A stretch of 64,000 bases of DNA from an uncultured Pirellulales bacterium (GCA_964537635.1 CAZICJ010000004.1:11797-75796), one strand, 5' to 3'. Positions 1 to 10,814 are shown, counted from the first letter of the stretch. Notes: generated by a model from the sequence alone, not told the origin. Translations and numbers: made by a program.

Positions 1-177
1 GGCGATTTCCTGTCCGCTTTTGATTTGATACATTTGCAGGTATTCAAAAATAGGCCCGTCAAATTCTTCAAAGCCGCACCGCCGCGACGCCGCCTTCCAG
101 CCATCCACAATATAGTTGCGTACCGCCATCTGGGCCGGATAAAAATCGCGTGTTCCCTTAACCGGTGGGATTTTCAT
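1..177 (-). CDS. hisS: Histidine--tRNA ligase, N-terminal part (runs off window start)
   Basis: Manual translation gives MKIPPVKGTRDFYPAQMAVRNYIVDGWKAASRRCGFEEFDGPIFEYLQMYQIKSGQEIA, the typical HisRS N-terminus (KGTRDF); ATGA overlap with upstream gene; not in ORF track. Confidence 0.85.
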   Translation of the reverse strand, partial: MKIPPVKGTRDFYPAQMAVRNYIVDGWKAASRRCGFEEFDGPIFEYLQMYQIKSGQEIA

Positions 178-602
178 TTTTTGGCCTTTCGCGGTTTCTT
201 TTTCTTCTTTTCCAGCTTGTCAAAGACGCTGGCGCCGAACTTAATCCGCATATATTCCTCCATCTGCTTGTCGTCGGTAAAGTGCAGCTGGTAGTCATAT
301 TCGTCGCTGGTGATTTCGCAGTTGTGGGTCTTGTAGTTGCGGCAGATGGCCGGCCGCAGGTCGTAATTCGAACAGCGGTGGGCGCTGTCTAAATACTTGC
401 ACGGCGTCAGCACATTTAAATACCAGTCGCCATCCTCGACAAAAACCGCTACATTCTGATGGCTCAAATACCACCGGATATTGTCATAATCATCCCAATC
501 CTCCGGCGTTTCTATCGCTAGGGCAAAATACCGGCAGCACAACCCCGTGCACTGATGGCATTGACCATGTCCGCTTTGTTTCTTTTTTTTGACCGCTTTC
601 AC
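174..602 (-). CDS. YkgJ-family cysteine cluster (putative Fe-S/Zn) protein
   Basis: CxxCxGxCC ... C ... C ... RPxxC pattern; RBS AAGGAAA upstream. Confidence 0.75.
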   Translation of the reverse strand: MKAVKKKKQSGHGQCHQCTGLCCRYFALAIETPEDWDDYDNIRWYLSHQNVAVFVEDGDWYLNVLTPCKYLDSAHRCSNYDLRPAICRNYKTHNCEITSDEYDYQLHFTDDKQMEEYMRIKFGASVFDKLEKKKKKPRKAKK

Positions 603-638
603 ATCGTTTCCTTATCTAAAATCCTATAACCGCGATCC

Positions 639-667
639 ATTATAACCCCGGTTGTATATCGGGTCAA
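639..667 (-). promoter_or_regulatory. sigma70-type promoter for the ykgJ-hisS operon
   Basis: Minus strand TTGACC-17 bp-TATAAT. Confidence 0.7.
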
Positions 668-701
668 GCATCCTCAAAAAACGCCAAAAACCCCGCTCTT
701 T

Positions 702-800
702 GTCACCCTGAGCGCAGTCTTTAGCCCTGAGCGAATGCGAATGGGGAAGAGTCTGTTCAAACCAGTATGCCTCGAAGCCTGCCCGCAGCGCAGCGAAGGA
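702..800. repeat. REP-like intergenic element (GTCA(C/T)CCTGAGCGCAG...GAAG type)
   Basis: gtcaccctgagcgcag, ccctgagcg and cgcagcgcagcgaagg sub-repeats; related inverted copy at 50470-50496. Confidence 0.45.
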
Positions 801-891
801 ACATTCCACAATTTTGATTTTTAATTTCCCTATATACCCACATGCCTATGTATCTATATACTCATATACTTGCTTAACTATAAGAATATTA

Positions 892-955
892 GGGACATCT
901 GCCGTTATTTAATTGGTAACTGTGGGGAATGGCACTGCCGTTTGTAACTGTCTCC
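892..955. repeat. Degenerate tandem REP-like units (ctgccgtt...gtaactgt x2)
   Basis: Two copies of ctgccgtt followed by gtaactgt, bounded by gggaca / tgtctcc. Confidence 0.4.
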
Positions 956-1090
956 GGTTATCACGCAGCAGTCTAATTCTGAGTCGATGCCGGCATCCGC
1001 AAAATAGGATTTGAGCACCTGCGATATCTGCCATTCGCCGTTTTCCGCCGTCGGCGCACAGCGGATCAGTTTTTGCAGTAATTCTTTCAT
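905..1090 (-). pseudogene. Truncated M20 (ArgE/DapE-like) metallopeptidase N-terminal fragment
   Basis: MKELLQKLIRCAPTAENGEWQISQVLKSYFADAGIDSELDC resembles the M20 first helix/strand; the frame then runs into repeat DNA and stops, with no HxD motif. Confidence 0.5.
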
Positions 1091-1210
1091 AGGCGGGATA
1101 TTATATGCGAAAACCGCCAAAAGAGAAACCACCGATTCGGCAGATTTTCACAGATTTTTTGGACAGGAATATTTTTGCCGCAGAGAATACAGAGAAAGAT
1201 GAGGGAAAAA

Positions 1211-1256
1211 CGGGGACTGGTACGTTCTGGCACCAGCCAGGTTGTACCTGTCCCCG
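1211..1256. repeat. GGGGAC...GTCCCC palindromic REP-like hairpin
   Basis: cggggactggtac ... gtacctgtccccg, 13-bp arms with one mismatch. Confidence 0.6.
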
Positions 1257-1426
1257 CTTTTGGGATTGGCGTTTTTTTTTGGAGATTCTGTTGGCAAGCG
1301 CCGGCCGGCAGGAATATAATGGGGAAAGTTCGGAGTTTGGAGAAAGAAGTCGGACGTGAAATTTTGCGGGTATTACGATTCTGGGTGGATAAAGAAAAGG
1401 ACATTACCATAGAGGATACGGAGGAC

Positions 1427-2287
1427 ATGAAGATTTTTTATGACTATGATTTGACGGTTCACAATTCGTATCGGGTTCGGGCTGTCGGGGCGCGGGTGTT
1501 TTTTCCTGAAGCGCCGCAGGATATCGAGTCCATCTTTGCCGATGGTGCGAGCAGGAAAGTTATCTTGGGCGGCGGGTACAATGTTATTTTATCCAAAGCC
1601 TATTACAGCGATTTGGATTTTGTCATTTTCGGGCAGCCATATTCGTGTTGTTCGGTCGATGGCAACACGATTACCGCACAGGCGGGGCTGTCCTTAAAGG
1701 CGCTCAGCCAAACCGCAATGGAGCATTCACTGGCGGGGCTGGAGTTGTTTTATGATATCCCCGGCAGTGTCGGCGGTGCGGTCTTTATGAATGCCGGCGC
1801 CAACGATGTCGCTCTTGGCGATTTTATCAATTCTGTCACCTATTATGACACGGCACAGCGTTTGTTCAAAACAAGCTTGCGTGCCGACTTGCAGTTTGGC
1901 TATCGGACGAGTCTTTTCTTTGGCCGGCCGGAATTGATTGTCTCCGAGATAACCTTGTCCCTGCCTTCCGGCGACCGGGATATACTATGGCAAAAAATGC
2001 TGGATAATCAAGCCATCCGACGGCAAAAACAGCCCTGGGACTACCCCAACGCCGGCAGCGTATTCAAGCGGCCCGCCGGCCGGTATGTCGGCCCGCTTGT
2101 CGAGCAGTTGGGACTTAAGGGCAAAACCATCGGCGGAGCCATGGTCTCGACGAAACACGCCGGCTTCATCATCAATCACAACGGCGCCGCGGCCGGCAGC
2201 GACATCCTCGAACTGATTGCCGTCATCCGCAACGCCGTGCGGGACGCCTTCGGCATCGAGCTGGAGCTGGAACAGCGGATTATCTAA
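1427..2287 (+). CDS. murB: UDP-N-acetylenolpyruvoylglucosamine reductase
   Basis: GGGYNV, IPGSVGGAVFMNAGA, PNAGSVFK, KHAGFIIN, LELEQRII motifs; start at 1427 after GGAGGA (ORF track starts 1175). Confidence 0.92.
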   Translation: MKIFYDYDLTVHNSYRVRAVGARVFFPEAPQDIESIFADGASRKVILGGGYNVILSKAYYSDLDFVIFGQPYSCCSVDGNTITAQAGLSLKALSQTAMEHSLAGLELFYDIPGSVGGAVFMNAGANDVALGDFINSVTYYDTAQRLFKTSLRADLQFGYRTSLFFGRPELIVSEITLSLPSGDRDILWQKMLDNQAIRRQKQPWDYPNAGSVFKRPAGRYVGPLVEQLGLKGKTIGGAMVSTKHAGFIINHNGAAAGSDILELIAVIRNAVRDAFGIELELEQRII

Positions 2288-2303
2288 CCACGGTCAAGCG
2301 AGG

Positions 2304-4193
2304 CTAATCGAGATTTTCCTCCAGCCAGTCGATCGCATCGGGGATTGCTTCCCATGCCAGTCTCTGTATATGGGCACATACAATCGCCTCTTCTTCGGAC
2401 CCGATACTATAACTTTGCGGATAGGGCGGCAATACCCCATCATCCAGGATGTAATCTGCCGCTGCGGGATTGCACTCGATTGCTTTTGCCAAATGCCTGC
2501 GGGCAGTCGGTGTGTCGCCCTTTTGGATAAAGGTCGATAGGGCTCTGCCGTAATTCCACATTGCCGTCCCATCTTCTTTGTATCGTTTGAGCAGGGCGTC
2601 GGCTTCCTGTGTTCGTTTTGTTGTCAATAGACACGCTAAAAGACTTTCCCGCACGCCCTGATTGTCGTTGGGGTTGAGCCGCAGCATGTCCCGATAGTGT
2701 TCAATCGCCTCGTCGATGCGTCCCATTTTTTCAAGGCTTTCGGCCAGCCCCAGCCGTGCGCGCATATAAGGCCGTGTCTGGATGATGCCCCAGAAATGGC
2801 CGGCCTCTTCTTTAAAGAATTGCTTGCCAAGGGTTCGTTCTCCCGCCGCAACTCCTTCGGCATACAGGTCACACGCATCCTGAGGATTGGAACGGGACTC
2901 GGCCAAAATCACATACGCATCCACGCAATCCGGACAGATTTCCAATGCCTTTTTGGCAAGCTGGATTTGCTTGCGTCCTCTGGCCTCAAACGCCTCATAG
3001 CAGATATCCTGTGCCTGCTCAAATGCAGTTACCGGATGCTGCGGCGGAACAGGTTTTCCCACAATATTGGCATTGAGAAAATCCTGCATTTGTTTTGTGT
3101 CTTTAAAATCATGACCGTCCAGAAGACGCTGGATATCCAGATTGATTTTTTCCATTGCCCGCCGGTCCGGAATTCGTCCCGACTTGGCATTTTGTTTTCG
3201 TATGTCCTCGACGGACTTGAGCAGTTCGGGCAGCGCCAGCGTAAAGGTCATCTCCTCATCGAAGGTGCGGACGGTCTTTTGCCATCTGCCGCTGTCGATT
3301 TCAGCTTCGGTGGTCTGTGCAAATGCCCGCAGGAGTCCCTCCATAAACGCTAAAATATCCACCCCGGGCCGGCAAAATTTGCCCTTCGGTTTATAACACA
3401 TCGCCAGCGGATATGCCTGGTCGGATGCGACGGGCAACTGGTTATCTTCCCACAGGTCGGCGTCGCCGAAGGGCAGCTCTTCAATCCCGCCGAAAAACAG
3501 CGTCCAATAGGAAATGTTTTTAACGGCATCACTGCCGCTGCCCGCGGCGAATTGTTCAAACAATTTGACCGAATCGTAAAAGGCGATACCGTATGTCATA
3601 CCGCCGTTGCCAAGGATCGTTGTGTATCGCAGCAACGGGTCAACAAAGGGCGACTCAATCTGAACTAAGTCCATATCGCATAAATACTGCCAGGGTTGGG
3701 CGGCGTAAAACTCTGCAGCCGCTTCGGCAAAACTTCGCATTCTATCCAGCGTGACATGCTTAGCCGAAAACGCATCCGGCAGCAGCCTGCCGCCGGACAA
3801 GTGTTTGGCGAGGTCGGCAAACATCTCATCAAAGCCGAACAGTTTTTCACGATGTACAACCGTGATGCCGGTATCTGCCAGTTGTCCCTGAAGATAGTCG
3901 GCCAGCGCGGAATCGCTGACTTCAATGGTTCCCGGACGATGGCCGGCCAATTTTTTATCACAGGCAAACTGTATAAGACCATCCAGTGCGACGGAAAGGT
4001 TTTTGTGTTCCAGTGAATCCATCGAGGGTTCACTCATTTTATGTGTCATCACATTGACCCATATCGCAGACCAGGGACGGTAGAGTTTTTGCTGTTCATT
4101 TGGCACCCAGGCGGGCATACGAAACATGCCGCCCTGCCATCGCATCTGAGGCTGCAGGGGCAATTGTTTTAAGCGTTCTATCTGGAAATTCAT
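2304..4193 (-). CDS. TPR-containing protein with uncharacterised N-terminal domains
   Basis: C-terminal RPYMRARLGLA...EAIEHY...LRLNPNDNQGVR TPR-type region; 629-aa ORF. Confidence 0.6.
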   Translation of the reverse strand: MNFQIERLKQLPLQPQMRWQGGMFRMPAWVPNEQQKLYRPWSAIWVNVMTHKMSEPSMDSLEHKNLSVALDGLIQFACDKKLAGHRPGTIEVSDSALADYLQGQLADTGITVVHREKLFGFDEMFADLAKHLSGGRLLPDAFSAKHVTLDRMRSFAEAAAEFYAAQPWQYLCDMDLVQIESPFVDPLLRYTTILGNGGMTYGIAFYDSVKLFEQFAAGSGSDAVKNISYWTLFFGGIEELPFGDADLWEDNQLPVASDQAYPLAMCYKPKGKFCRPGVDILAFMEGLLRAFAQTTEAEIDSGRWQKTVRTFDEEMTFTLALPELLKSVEDIRKQNAKSGRIPDRRAMEKINLDIQRLLDGHDFKDTKQMQDFLNANIVGKPVPPQHPVTAFEQAQDICYEAFEARGRKQIQLAKKALEICPDCVDAYVILAESRSNPQDACDLYAEGVAAGERTLGKQFFKEEAGHFWGIIQTRPYMRARLGLAESLEKMGRIDEAIEHYRDMLRLNPNDNQGVRESLLACLLTTKRTQEADALLKRYKEDGTAMWNYGRALSTFIQKGDTPTARRHLAKAIECNPAAADYILDDGVLPPYPQSYSIGSEEEAIVCAHIQRLAWEAIPDAIDWLEENLD

Positions 4194-4281
4194 TTTGCAT
4201 ACTCCTGGATTCTGGTATTAATGCCGCACAGTATAGCACCAATACGGGGCGAAATTCAAGCCGTTTTCCTAAATGTTTATC

Positions 4282-4310
4282 TTGACGCTGGGGGCGGTTT
4301 GGGGTACTGT
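4282..4310 (+). promoter_or_regulatory. Putative sigma70 promoter of eno
   Basis: TTGACG-17 bp-TACTGT. Confidence 0.4.
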
Positions 4311-4337
4311 GTCGTGCTGTGTATCGGTCTGTACTGA

Positions 4338-5663
<1,326 letters not shown>

Positions 5664-5681
5664 TCCTGTCGAAAGAATTGG

Positions 5682-5717
5682 GCAGAGACGTCATTGGGCG
5701 TCTCTGCTTTTATTTTT
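5682..5717 (+). terminator. Rho-independent terminator after eno
   Basis: gcagagacg/cgtctctgc 9-bp stem followed by a T-rich tail. Confidence 0.7.
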
Positions 5718-5763
5718 GGACTGCAAAGATAGGATTAGTCGGACAGGAAAGCCTCTTTAATCC

Positions 5764-6273
5764 ATGAATCCGCTGCTCACATTTTTACGATTTGTGCTGT
5801 TCTGCGTGTTTTTCGCAGTCGGCGCCGGCGCGATTGTGCTGGCGCTTCGGGTCGAGCCGGAAATCACGGATTATTATCAAAGTCAGGCTCAATTGGAAAA
5901 AATCATCCAAGACAATGAAAAGCTCAAAAGCCTGATTAGTCAATACCAGGCACAGATTGCTCTGATCGAACGGGAACCCAATATTCTGGGCCGGCTGGAG
6001 CAAATCACATTAGGGCAGGCGCCGACGGCTGAGGACACGGTGTACCCCAATAGTTATAACCCGAAATTGGCCAAAACCGTCCAGCAGGTGCTTGAACAGG
6101 TCGATGGCAGGCAGCAGGCCGAACCGATGCCGCCTTGGCTCCAACGGTGCCGAGAACCCAAATACCGCAAGGCGCTGCTGATTGCCGGCTGCGGACTGGT
6201 GCTGGTGGGATTTATCTTCTTCGGCAACGGCAGGCGGGTAAAAACAGAAGCCAAAAAGTATTACGCCCGATAA
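5764..6273 (+). CDS. FtsB/DivIC-like septum-formation-initiator protein with extra C-terminal TM helix
   Basis: N-terminal TM, coiled coil, then EPNILGRLEQITLG...EDTVY; lies directly downstream of eno. Confidence 0.5.
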   Translation: MNPLLTFLRFVLFCVFFAVGAGAIVLALRVEPEITDYYQSQAQLEKIIQDNEKLKSLISQYQAQIALIEREPNILGRLEQITLGQAPTAEDTVYPNSYNPKLAKTVQQVLEQVDGRQQAEPMPPWLQRCREPKYRKALLIAGCGLVLVGFIFFGNGRRVKTEAKKYYAR

Positions 6274-6447
6274 CAATGCCGTTTATGGTTCTATTTGCCG
6301 CGATTTCGGGCGGCAGTGCAAAATCTATGTTTTTGGGGGGATGAATTTACAGCCGCAATGCCGCATTTGCCGATAAGAACAAGACCAGTTTAATAACACT
6401 GAAAATGACGATAAAAGCCTTCGTGGCTTGGAATGACAGGATAAGTT

Positions 6448-8997
6448 GTGAAGCACGCGAATTTATACCGTTTTGCCGTGGAAGGCATATTGCTGACGGT
6501 GTGCGTTTTTTTGTTCTTCAGCGCCATCAGCTTTGATATCGCTGACCCGCCCAGCGAGTATGCCTGGCCGCACAATGAGCCGGTTGCCAACTGGTGCGGT
6601 TCAGCGGGGGCGTTTTGCGCTTATTATATGCATTACTATATTGGGCCGGGTGTGCTGATTGGGCTGTTTGCGGCGATTTGGCTGTTTATTTCTCATTTGT
6701 CCGGCGCGCAGGTGGTGCATCCGGTATTTCGTCTGATTGGGGCGTTGCTGCTGATGACGGCGGCGTCGGCCTGCTGGTATCTGCTCTGGCCCGACAACAG
6801 CAGGGAATATGGGATGATATATCGAACCCTGCTGGGCGGGTTGTACGACTATAAGATGATCCCTCTGGCCGACGGGGGGTTTAAGTGCAGCGGACAGGAA
6901 TTTCCGATGGGCAATGGCGGGATTTTGGGCATTGCTGCCGGCGTCGTCATGCGCCAGCATCTTGGGCTGCTGGGGACGGTGATTGTCTTAGCCAGTACTT
7001 GGTTTGTCGGGCTGGAATTGCTTGCCAGCGAGCTGATGTCGGCGGTCATGCGGGCGGTGGGCTTTAGCGTTCTGAAATTCTTCGGCCTGGCCGGTCCCGC
7101 ATGGAATGCCGCCCGGGAACATTCCCATGTGCTTGGCGATATCTGGACGCGGCTGAGCCAAAAACAGAAATCGCGCGGCGATGGGTCGCTGCGGGATATC
7201 ACATTGCCTGAACGCAAGACGCCGCTCAAGGAGCCGGTTGTCAAGCCGATTAAAATTACCCAGCCTTCGACGATCGCGGAAAATGCCACCCAGCAAGAGG
7301 CTTCGGAGTCATCAGTACAAGCCGAGCCCGAAATGCCGCCTGCTGATGAGCCGGCTGAAACCGCACAATCGCAGCCGGAAGAACCCAAGCCGGTCAAGAT
7401 TAAGCCCGCCCCGCGTCCGCCGGTCAAGGAAAAAGAATATGTGCCGGCGACGTATGATGATTATCAGCTTCCGCCGCTGGATTTACTCAAAGACCCGGAG
7501 CAGGGATTTGCGGCGATTCAGACCAAAATGGTTGAGGAAAAAGCGCATGTCCTAGAAGGTCTGCTTAAAGAATTCGGCGTTAATGCCAATGTTGTCGCCG
7601 CCGAACCGGGACCGGCAATTACCATGTATGAATTGGAATTGGCGCCGGGCATCAAGGTCAGCCAGATTTCGGCGCTGGCCAATGATATGGCACGGGCGCT
7701 CAGTTCGGGAAGCGTCCGCGTGGTTGCACCGCTGCCGGGCAAACACACCATCGGCATCGAAGTTCCCAACAGCCAGCGGGAAACGGTTCGGCTCAAAGAC
7801 CTGATCATGCGCGGCGGCAGCAAAATCGGGCGGATGCACATCCCGCTGTTTTTGGGCAAGAGTTCATCCGGCGAGGCGCTGGTGTCGGATTTGGCGGCGA
7901 TGCCGCATTTGCTGATTGCCGGTACGACCGGTTCGGGCAAAAGCGTCTGTATCAACACGATTATTACCAGTGTGATGCTGACTCGGAGACCCGATGAGGT
8001 CAAGATGATTTTGGTGGACCCCAAGATGGTCGAAATGGCCGCCTTTGATATGATACCGCACTTGATGTGCCCGCCAATCACCGAAGTCAAGCGCGCCGAG
8101 CAGATTCTCGAATGGGCGACGACGACGATGGATGAGCGGTATGAATTGCTGGCCGAAGCCAAAGTGCGCAATATCGCCTCGTACAATCTGCTGACGCCGG
8201 AACAATTGATAGAAGCGTTCAGTCCGGCCACGCCCGAAGAAGAGGCCAAGATACCCAAAAAATTGCCGCATATTGTCATTGTGATTGACGAGTTGGCGGA
8301 TTTGATGATGACCAGCGCCAAAGAAGTGGAAGCGTATATCGTCCGTATCGCCCAAAAGAGCCGCGCCGTCGGCATTCACCTGATTGTCGCAACCCAGCGT
8401 CCGCAGGCGACAGTGGTAACAGGTCTGATTAAAGCCAATATGCCGTGCCGCATTGGTTTTCGCGTAGCTGCCCGTATGGACAGCCGGATTATCCTCGACC
8501 AGAACGGCGCCGAGACGCTGCTGGGACAGGGCGATATGCTGTTTCTCAGACCCGGTACCGGCGACCTGATGCGCTCACAGGGGGCGTATCTGGATGATGA
8601 TGAAATCCGTAATGTCGTCAAGTTCCTCAAAGAGGTTGCCCAGCCGCAGTTCCACCCTGACCTGATGCAGCTCAATCGGGTGGATTTGACCGAAGGCAGC
8701 AAGGATGACCTGTTCGATGATGCGGTGCGGATTGTGCTGGAAACCAAACGCGGCAGCGTGTCGCTGCTGCAGCGGAAATTATCCATCGGCTACGCCCGCG
8801 CCAGCCGCATGATTGAAATGATGGCGACGGCAGGTATTCTGGGAGACTATAAAGGCTCTCAGGCGCGTGAAGTAACCATTACCGCCGATGAATATGAACA
8901 AATGCGCAAAAATATGCTTGCCGATGAAGTGGCCGGCTATCAGGACTTAACCGCCGCCGACAGTTCCGTCGAGGCAGACGATGAAGATGAGGAATAA
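6448..8997 (+). CDS. ftsK: DNA translocase FtsK/SpoIIIE
   Basis: 4TM N-domain, Pro-rich linker, PHLLIAGTTGSGKS Walker A, VIVIDELADLM, ATQRP, gamma domain LQRKLSIGYARASR. Confidence 0.96.
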   Translation: MKHANLYRFAVEGILLTVCVFLFFSAISFDIADPPSEYAWPHNEPVANWCGSAGAFCAYYMHYYIGPGVLIGLFAAIWLFISHLSGAQVVHPVFRLIGALLLMTAASACWYLLWPDNSREYGMIYRTLLGGLYDYKMIPLADGGFKCSGQEFPMGNGGILGIAAGVVMRQHLGLLGTVIVLASTWFVGLELLASELMSAVMRAVGFSVLKFFGLAGPAWNAAREHSHVLGDIWTRLSQKQKSRGDGSLRDITLPERKTPLKEPVVKPIKITQPSTIAENATQQEASESSVQAEPEMPPADEPAETAQSQPEEPKPVKIKPAPRPPVKEKEYVPATYDDYQLPPLDLLKDPEQGFAAIQTKMVEEKAHVLEGLLKEFGVNANVVAAEPGPAITMYELELAPGIKVSQISALANDMARALSSGSVRVVAPLPGKHTIGIEVPNSQRETVRLKDLIMRGGSKIGRMHIPLFLGKSSSGEALVSDLAAMPHLLIAGTTGSGKSVCINTIITSVMLTRRPDEVKMILVDPKMVEMAAFDMIPHLMCPPITEVKRAEQILEWATTTMDERYELLAEAKVRNIASYNLLTPEQLIEAFSPATPEEEAKIPKKLPHIVIVIDELADLMMTSAKEVEAYIVRIAQKSRAVGIHLIVATQRPQATVVTGLIKANMPCRIGFRVAARMDSRIILDQNGAETLLGQGDMLFLRPGTGDLMRSQGAYLDDDEIRNVVKFLKEVAQPQFHPDLMQLNRVDLTEGSKDDLFDDAVRIVLETKRGSVSLLQRKLSIGYARASRMIEMMATAGILGDYKGSQAREVTITADEYEQMRKNMLADEVAGYQDLTAADSSVEADDEDEE

Positions 8998-9000
8998 TTG

Positions 9001-9618
9001 ATGAGTCAGATTGTGCTAACCGTTAAGAAAGTGCAGGAGGCTGGATACGGGCCGGCGCTGGCAGGTCTGGCGCATAACAAAAAGCAGTCGCCGGACAAAA
9101 TGTCCGTCGTCGCCGCCAAACTGGCCGACAGAGACGGCGGGCATAACAAATTTCTGGAAAGCATCATCCTGTGGCTGGATGTGCGCGGCCCGCGGTATTT
9201 CTGGCAGGAGGCCGATACGTTTCGTCTGTCCACCAAGCAATCCGAAAGCACGATGCACACGTTGACCGGAGAGTTGCTGCAGGTGGATATGGAAAACGCC
9301 AAATCGGTGGAGCGATTTTTGACCGAAAACTTTGAACCGGACAGTTGCTCGACCGAGACGCTGCGCTGGATCTATGAGGCAGCAAAAAGCAATGACTTAA
9401 TTGCCGTCAAAAAACGCCTGCCGGAAGGGTTTTTACAGACGCGAATGTGGTGTATGAGTTATAAAACGCTGCGCAATATCATCCTACAGCGCCGCACACA
9501 CCGCCTGCCGCATTGGAAAGAGTTTATCCGCCAGACATTGGAGCAGGCAGACCATCCGGAGCTGCTGCCGGAGTTGTCGCAGAAAACCGCACGGCTGGAA
9601 AATTCGGCGCCGATATAG
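9001..9618 (+). CDS. Divergent ThyX-fold (FAD-dependent thymidylate synthase-like) protein
   Basis: GHNKFLES, PRYFWQEADTFR..TKQSESTMH, LPEGFLQT, LRNIILQRRTHRLPHW parallel ThyX motifs of phage-type homologs. Confidence 0.55.
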   Translation: MSQIVLTVKKVQEAGYGPALAGLAHNKKQSPDKMSVVAAKLADRDGGHNKFLESIILWLDVRGPRYFWQEADTFRLSTKQSESTMHTLTGELLQVDMENAKSVERFLTENFEPDSCSTETLRWIYEAAKSNDLIAVKKRLPEGFLQTRMWCMSYKTLRNIILQRRTHRLPHWKEFIRQTLEQADHPELLPELSQKTARLENSAPI

Positions 9619-9639
9619 GTTATAGGATAGGAAATAATC

Positions 9640-10119
9640 ATGTGCTGCTATATGGAATTATTGGACCGGCTTTGGGTGTGGCTGCAAACGGCGCCTATTC
9701 TGCCGATTCTGATTGCCGCGCTGCTGGGGGGTGCGGTCGGACTGGAACGGCAGTTGCGGCGCAAGGCAGCGGGCTTGCGAACCAATATGCTGATTTGCAT
9801 GGGAGCGGCTCTGTTCACACTGCTTGCCAAAGAAACGGGCGTTACATCGGATTCATTGACCCGTGTCATACAGGGGATTGCCACCGGCGTTGGTTTTCTT
9901 GGCGCCGGCGTGATGATTCATCAGGGAATGGATATTCACGGGATTACGACCGCTGCGACGATTTGGCTGGTAACCGCTGTCGGGGTTGCCTGCGGTCTGG
10001 GGTTATACGGAATAGCGACAACTACTATCGTGATTGCAATCATTGTGCTGGCCGGCATGTCACCGATTGAAAAAAAACTGCAAAGCCATTTCTCTAAACA
10101 GGACTCAAACGGCCAGTAA
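9640..10119 (+). CDS. MgtC/SapB family membrane protein
   Basis: LGGAVGLER, AAGLRTNMLICMGA, QGIATGVGFLGAGV, GITTAATIW. Confidence 0.9.
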   Translation: MCCYMELLDRLWVWLQTAPILPILIAALLGGAVGLERQLRRKAAGLRTNMLICMGAALFTLLAKETGVTSDSLTRVIQGIATGVGFLGAGVMIHQGMDIHGITTAATIWLVTAVGVACGLGLYGIATTTIVIAIIVLAGMSPIEKKLQSHFSKQDSNGQ

Positions 10120-10182
10120 ATGCAAAAAGGCGATAGAACATGTCGCCAACACGCAGCGTAAAAAAGACAGTCGGTTTTTTGA

Positions 10183-10211
10183 TTGTCAATTACGGGTTGT
10201 TAAGATATAAT
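10183..10211 (+). promoter_or_regulatory. sigma70-type promoter of the nifU-TM2 unit
   Basis: TTGTCA-17 bp-TATAAT. Confidence 0.6.
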
Positions 10212-10248
10212 CCGGTCTGAAATCCGGAAATTTTATAGGAGATATCCA

Positions 10249-10503
10249 ATGTGTGAAAATTGCGGTTGTTCCAAATCGTTTGCCGACAAGGTAACCGAGG
10301 TTATTGATTCGATTCGTCCGATGCTGCAAAACGACGGCGGTGATATTGAGTTTGTCGGCGTCGATCCGGACAATACGGTGCGCGTACGCCTTCAAGGCGC
10401 CTGCCGCGGCTGTCCCGGCGCCAAAATGACGCTCAAGATGGGCGTCGAACGGGTTCTCAAACAAAAGTTGGCTGAAGTTAAGCAGGTCGTCGCGGTGGAT
10501 TAG
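10249..10503 (+). CDS. NifU/NfuA C-terminal-domain Fe-S scaffold protein
   Basis: IRPMLQNDGGDIEFV, LQGACRGCP, TLKMGVER. Confidence 0.9.
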   Translation: MCENCGCSKSFADKVTEVIDSIRPMLQNDGGDIEFVGVDPDNTVRVRLQGACRGCPGAKMTLKMGVERVLKQKLAEVKQVVAVD

Positions 10504-10554
10504 ACGTTGCCGGCACAGATCATTGAACCAAACATTTTTTAACAGGGAGGTCTT

Positions 10555-10788
10555 ATGGTACAAGAAACTACGGGTGCGGTTTCGAACAAAAATGGAGTAG
10601 TATGTTTGCTTCTGGCGTTGTTTTTGGGCTGCTTTGGGGTTCACCGATTTTATGTCGGCAAAGCCGGTACAGGAATCCTGACGATTGTTTTGTTTTTCGG
10701 AGTCTTCGGTATCTGGCCGTTGGTTGATGCGATTATGATTCTGATGGGCAAATTTACCGATGCTGACGGCAAGGTCGTCAAGCTGTGA
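10555..10788 (+). CDS. TM2 domain protein
   Basis: LLLALFLGCFGVHRFYVGK...GIWPLVD. Confidence 0.85.
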   Translation: MVQETTGAVSNKNGVVCLLLALFLGCFGVHRFYVGKAGTGILTIVLFFGVFGIWPLVDAIMILMGKFTDADGKVVKL

Positions 10789-10814
10789 GTTTAGGCTTTT
10801 GTGAAAAGACACAC

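Noticed and set aside
1175-1426. Long N-terminal extension of MurB in the ORF track
   Set aside because: Runs through the REP hairpin; the MurB-like sequence begins at ATG 1427 behind a strong RBS
7518-8375. 285-aa minus-strand ORF
   Set aside because: Antisense shadow of ftsK, no recognisable motifs
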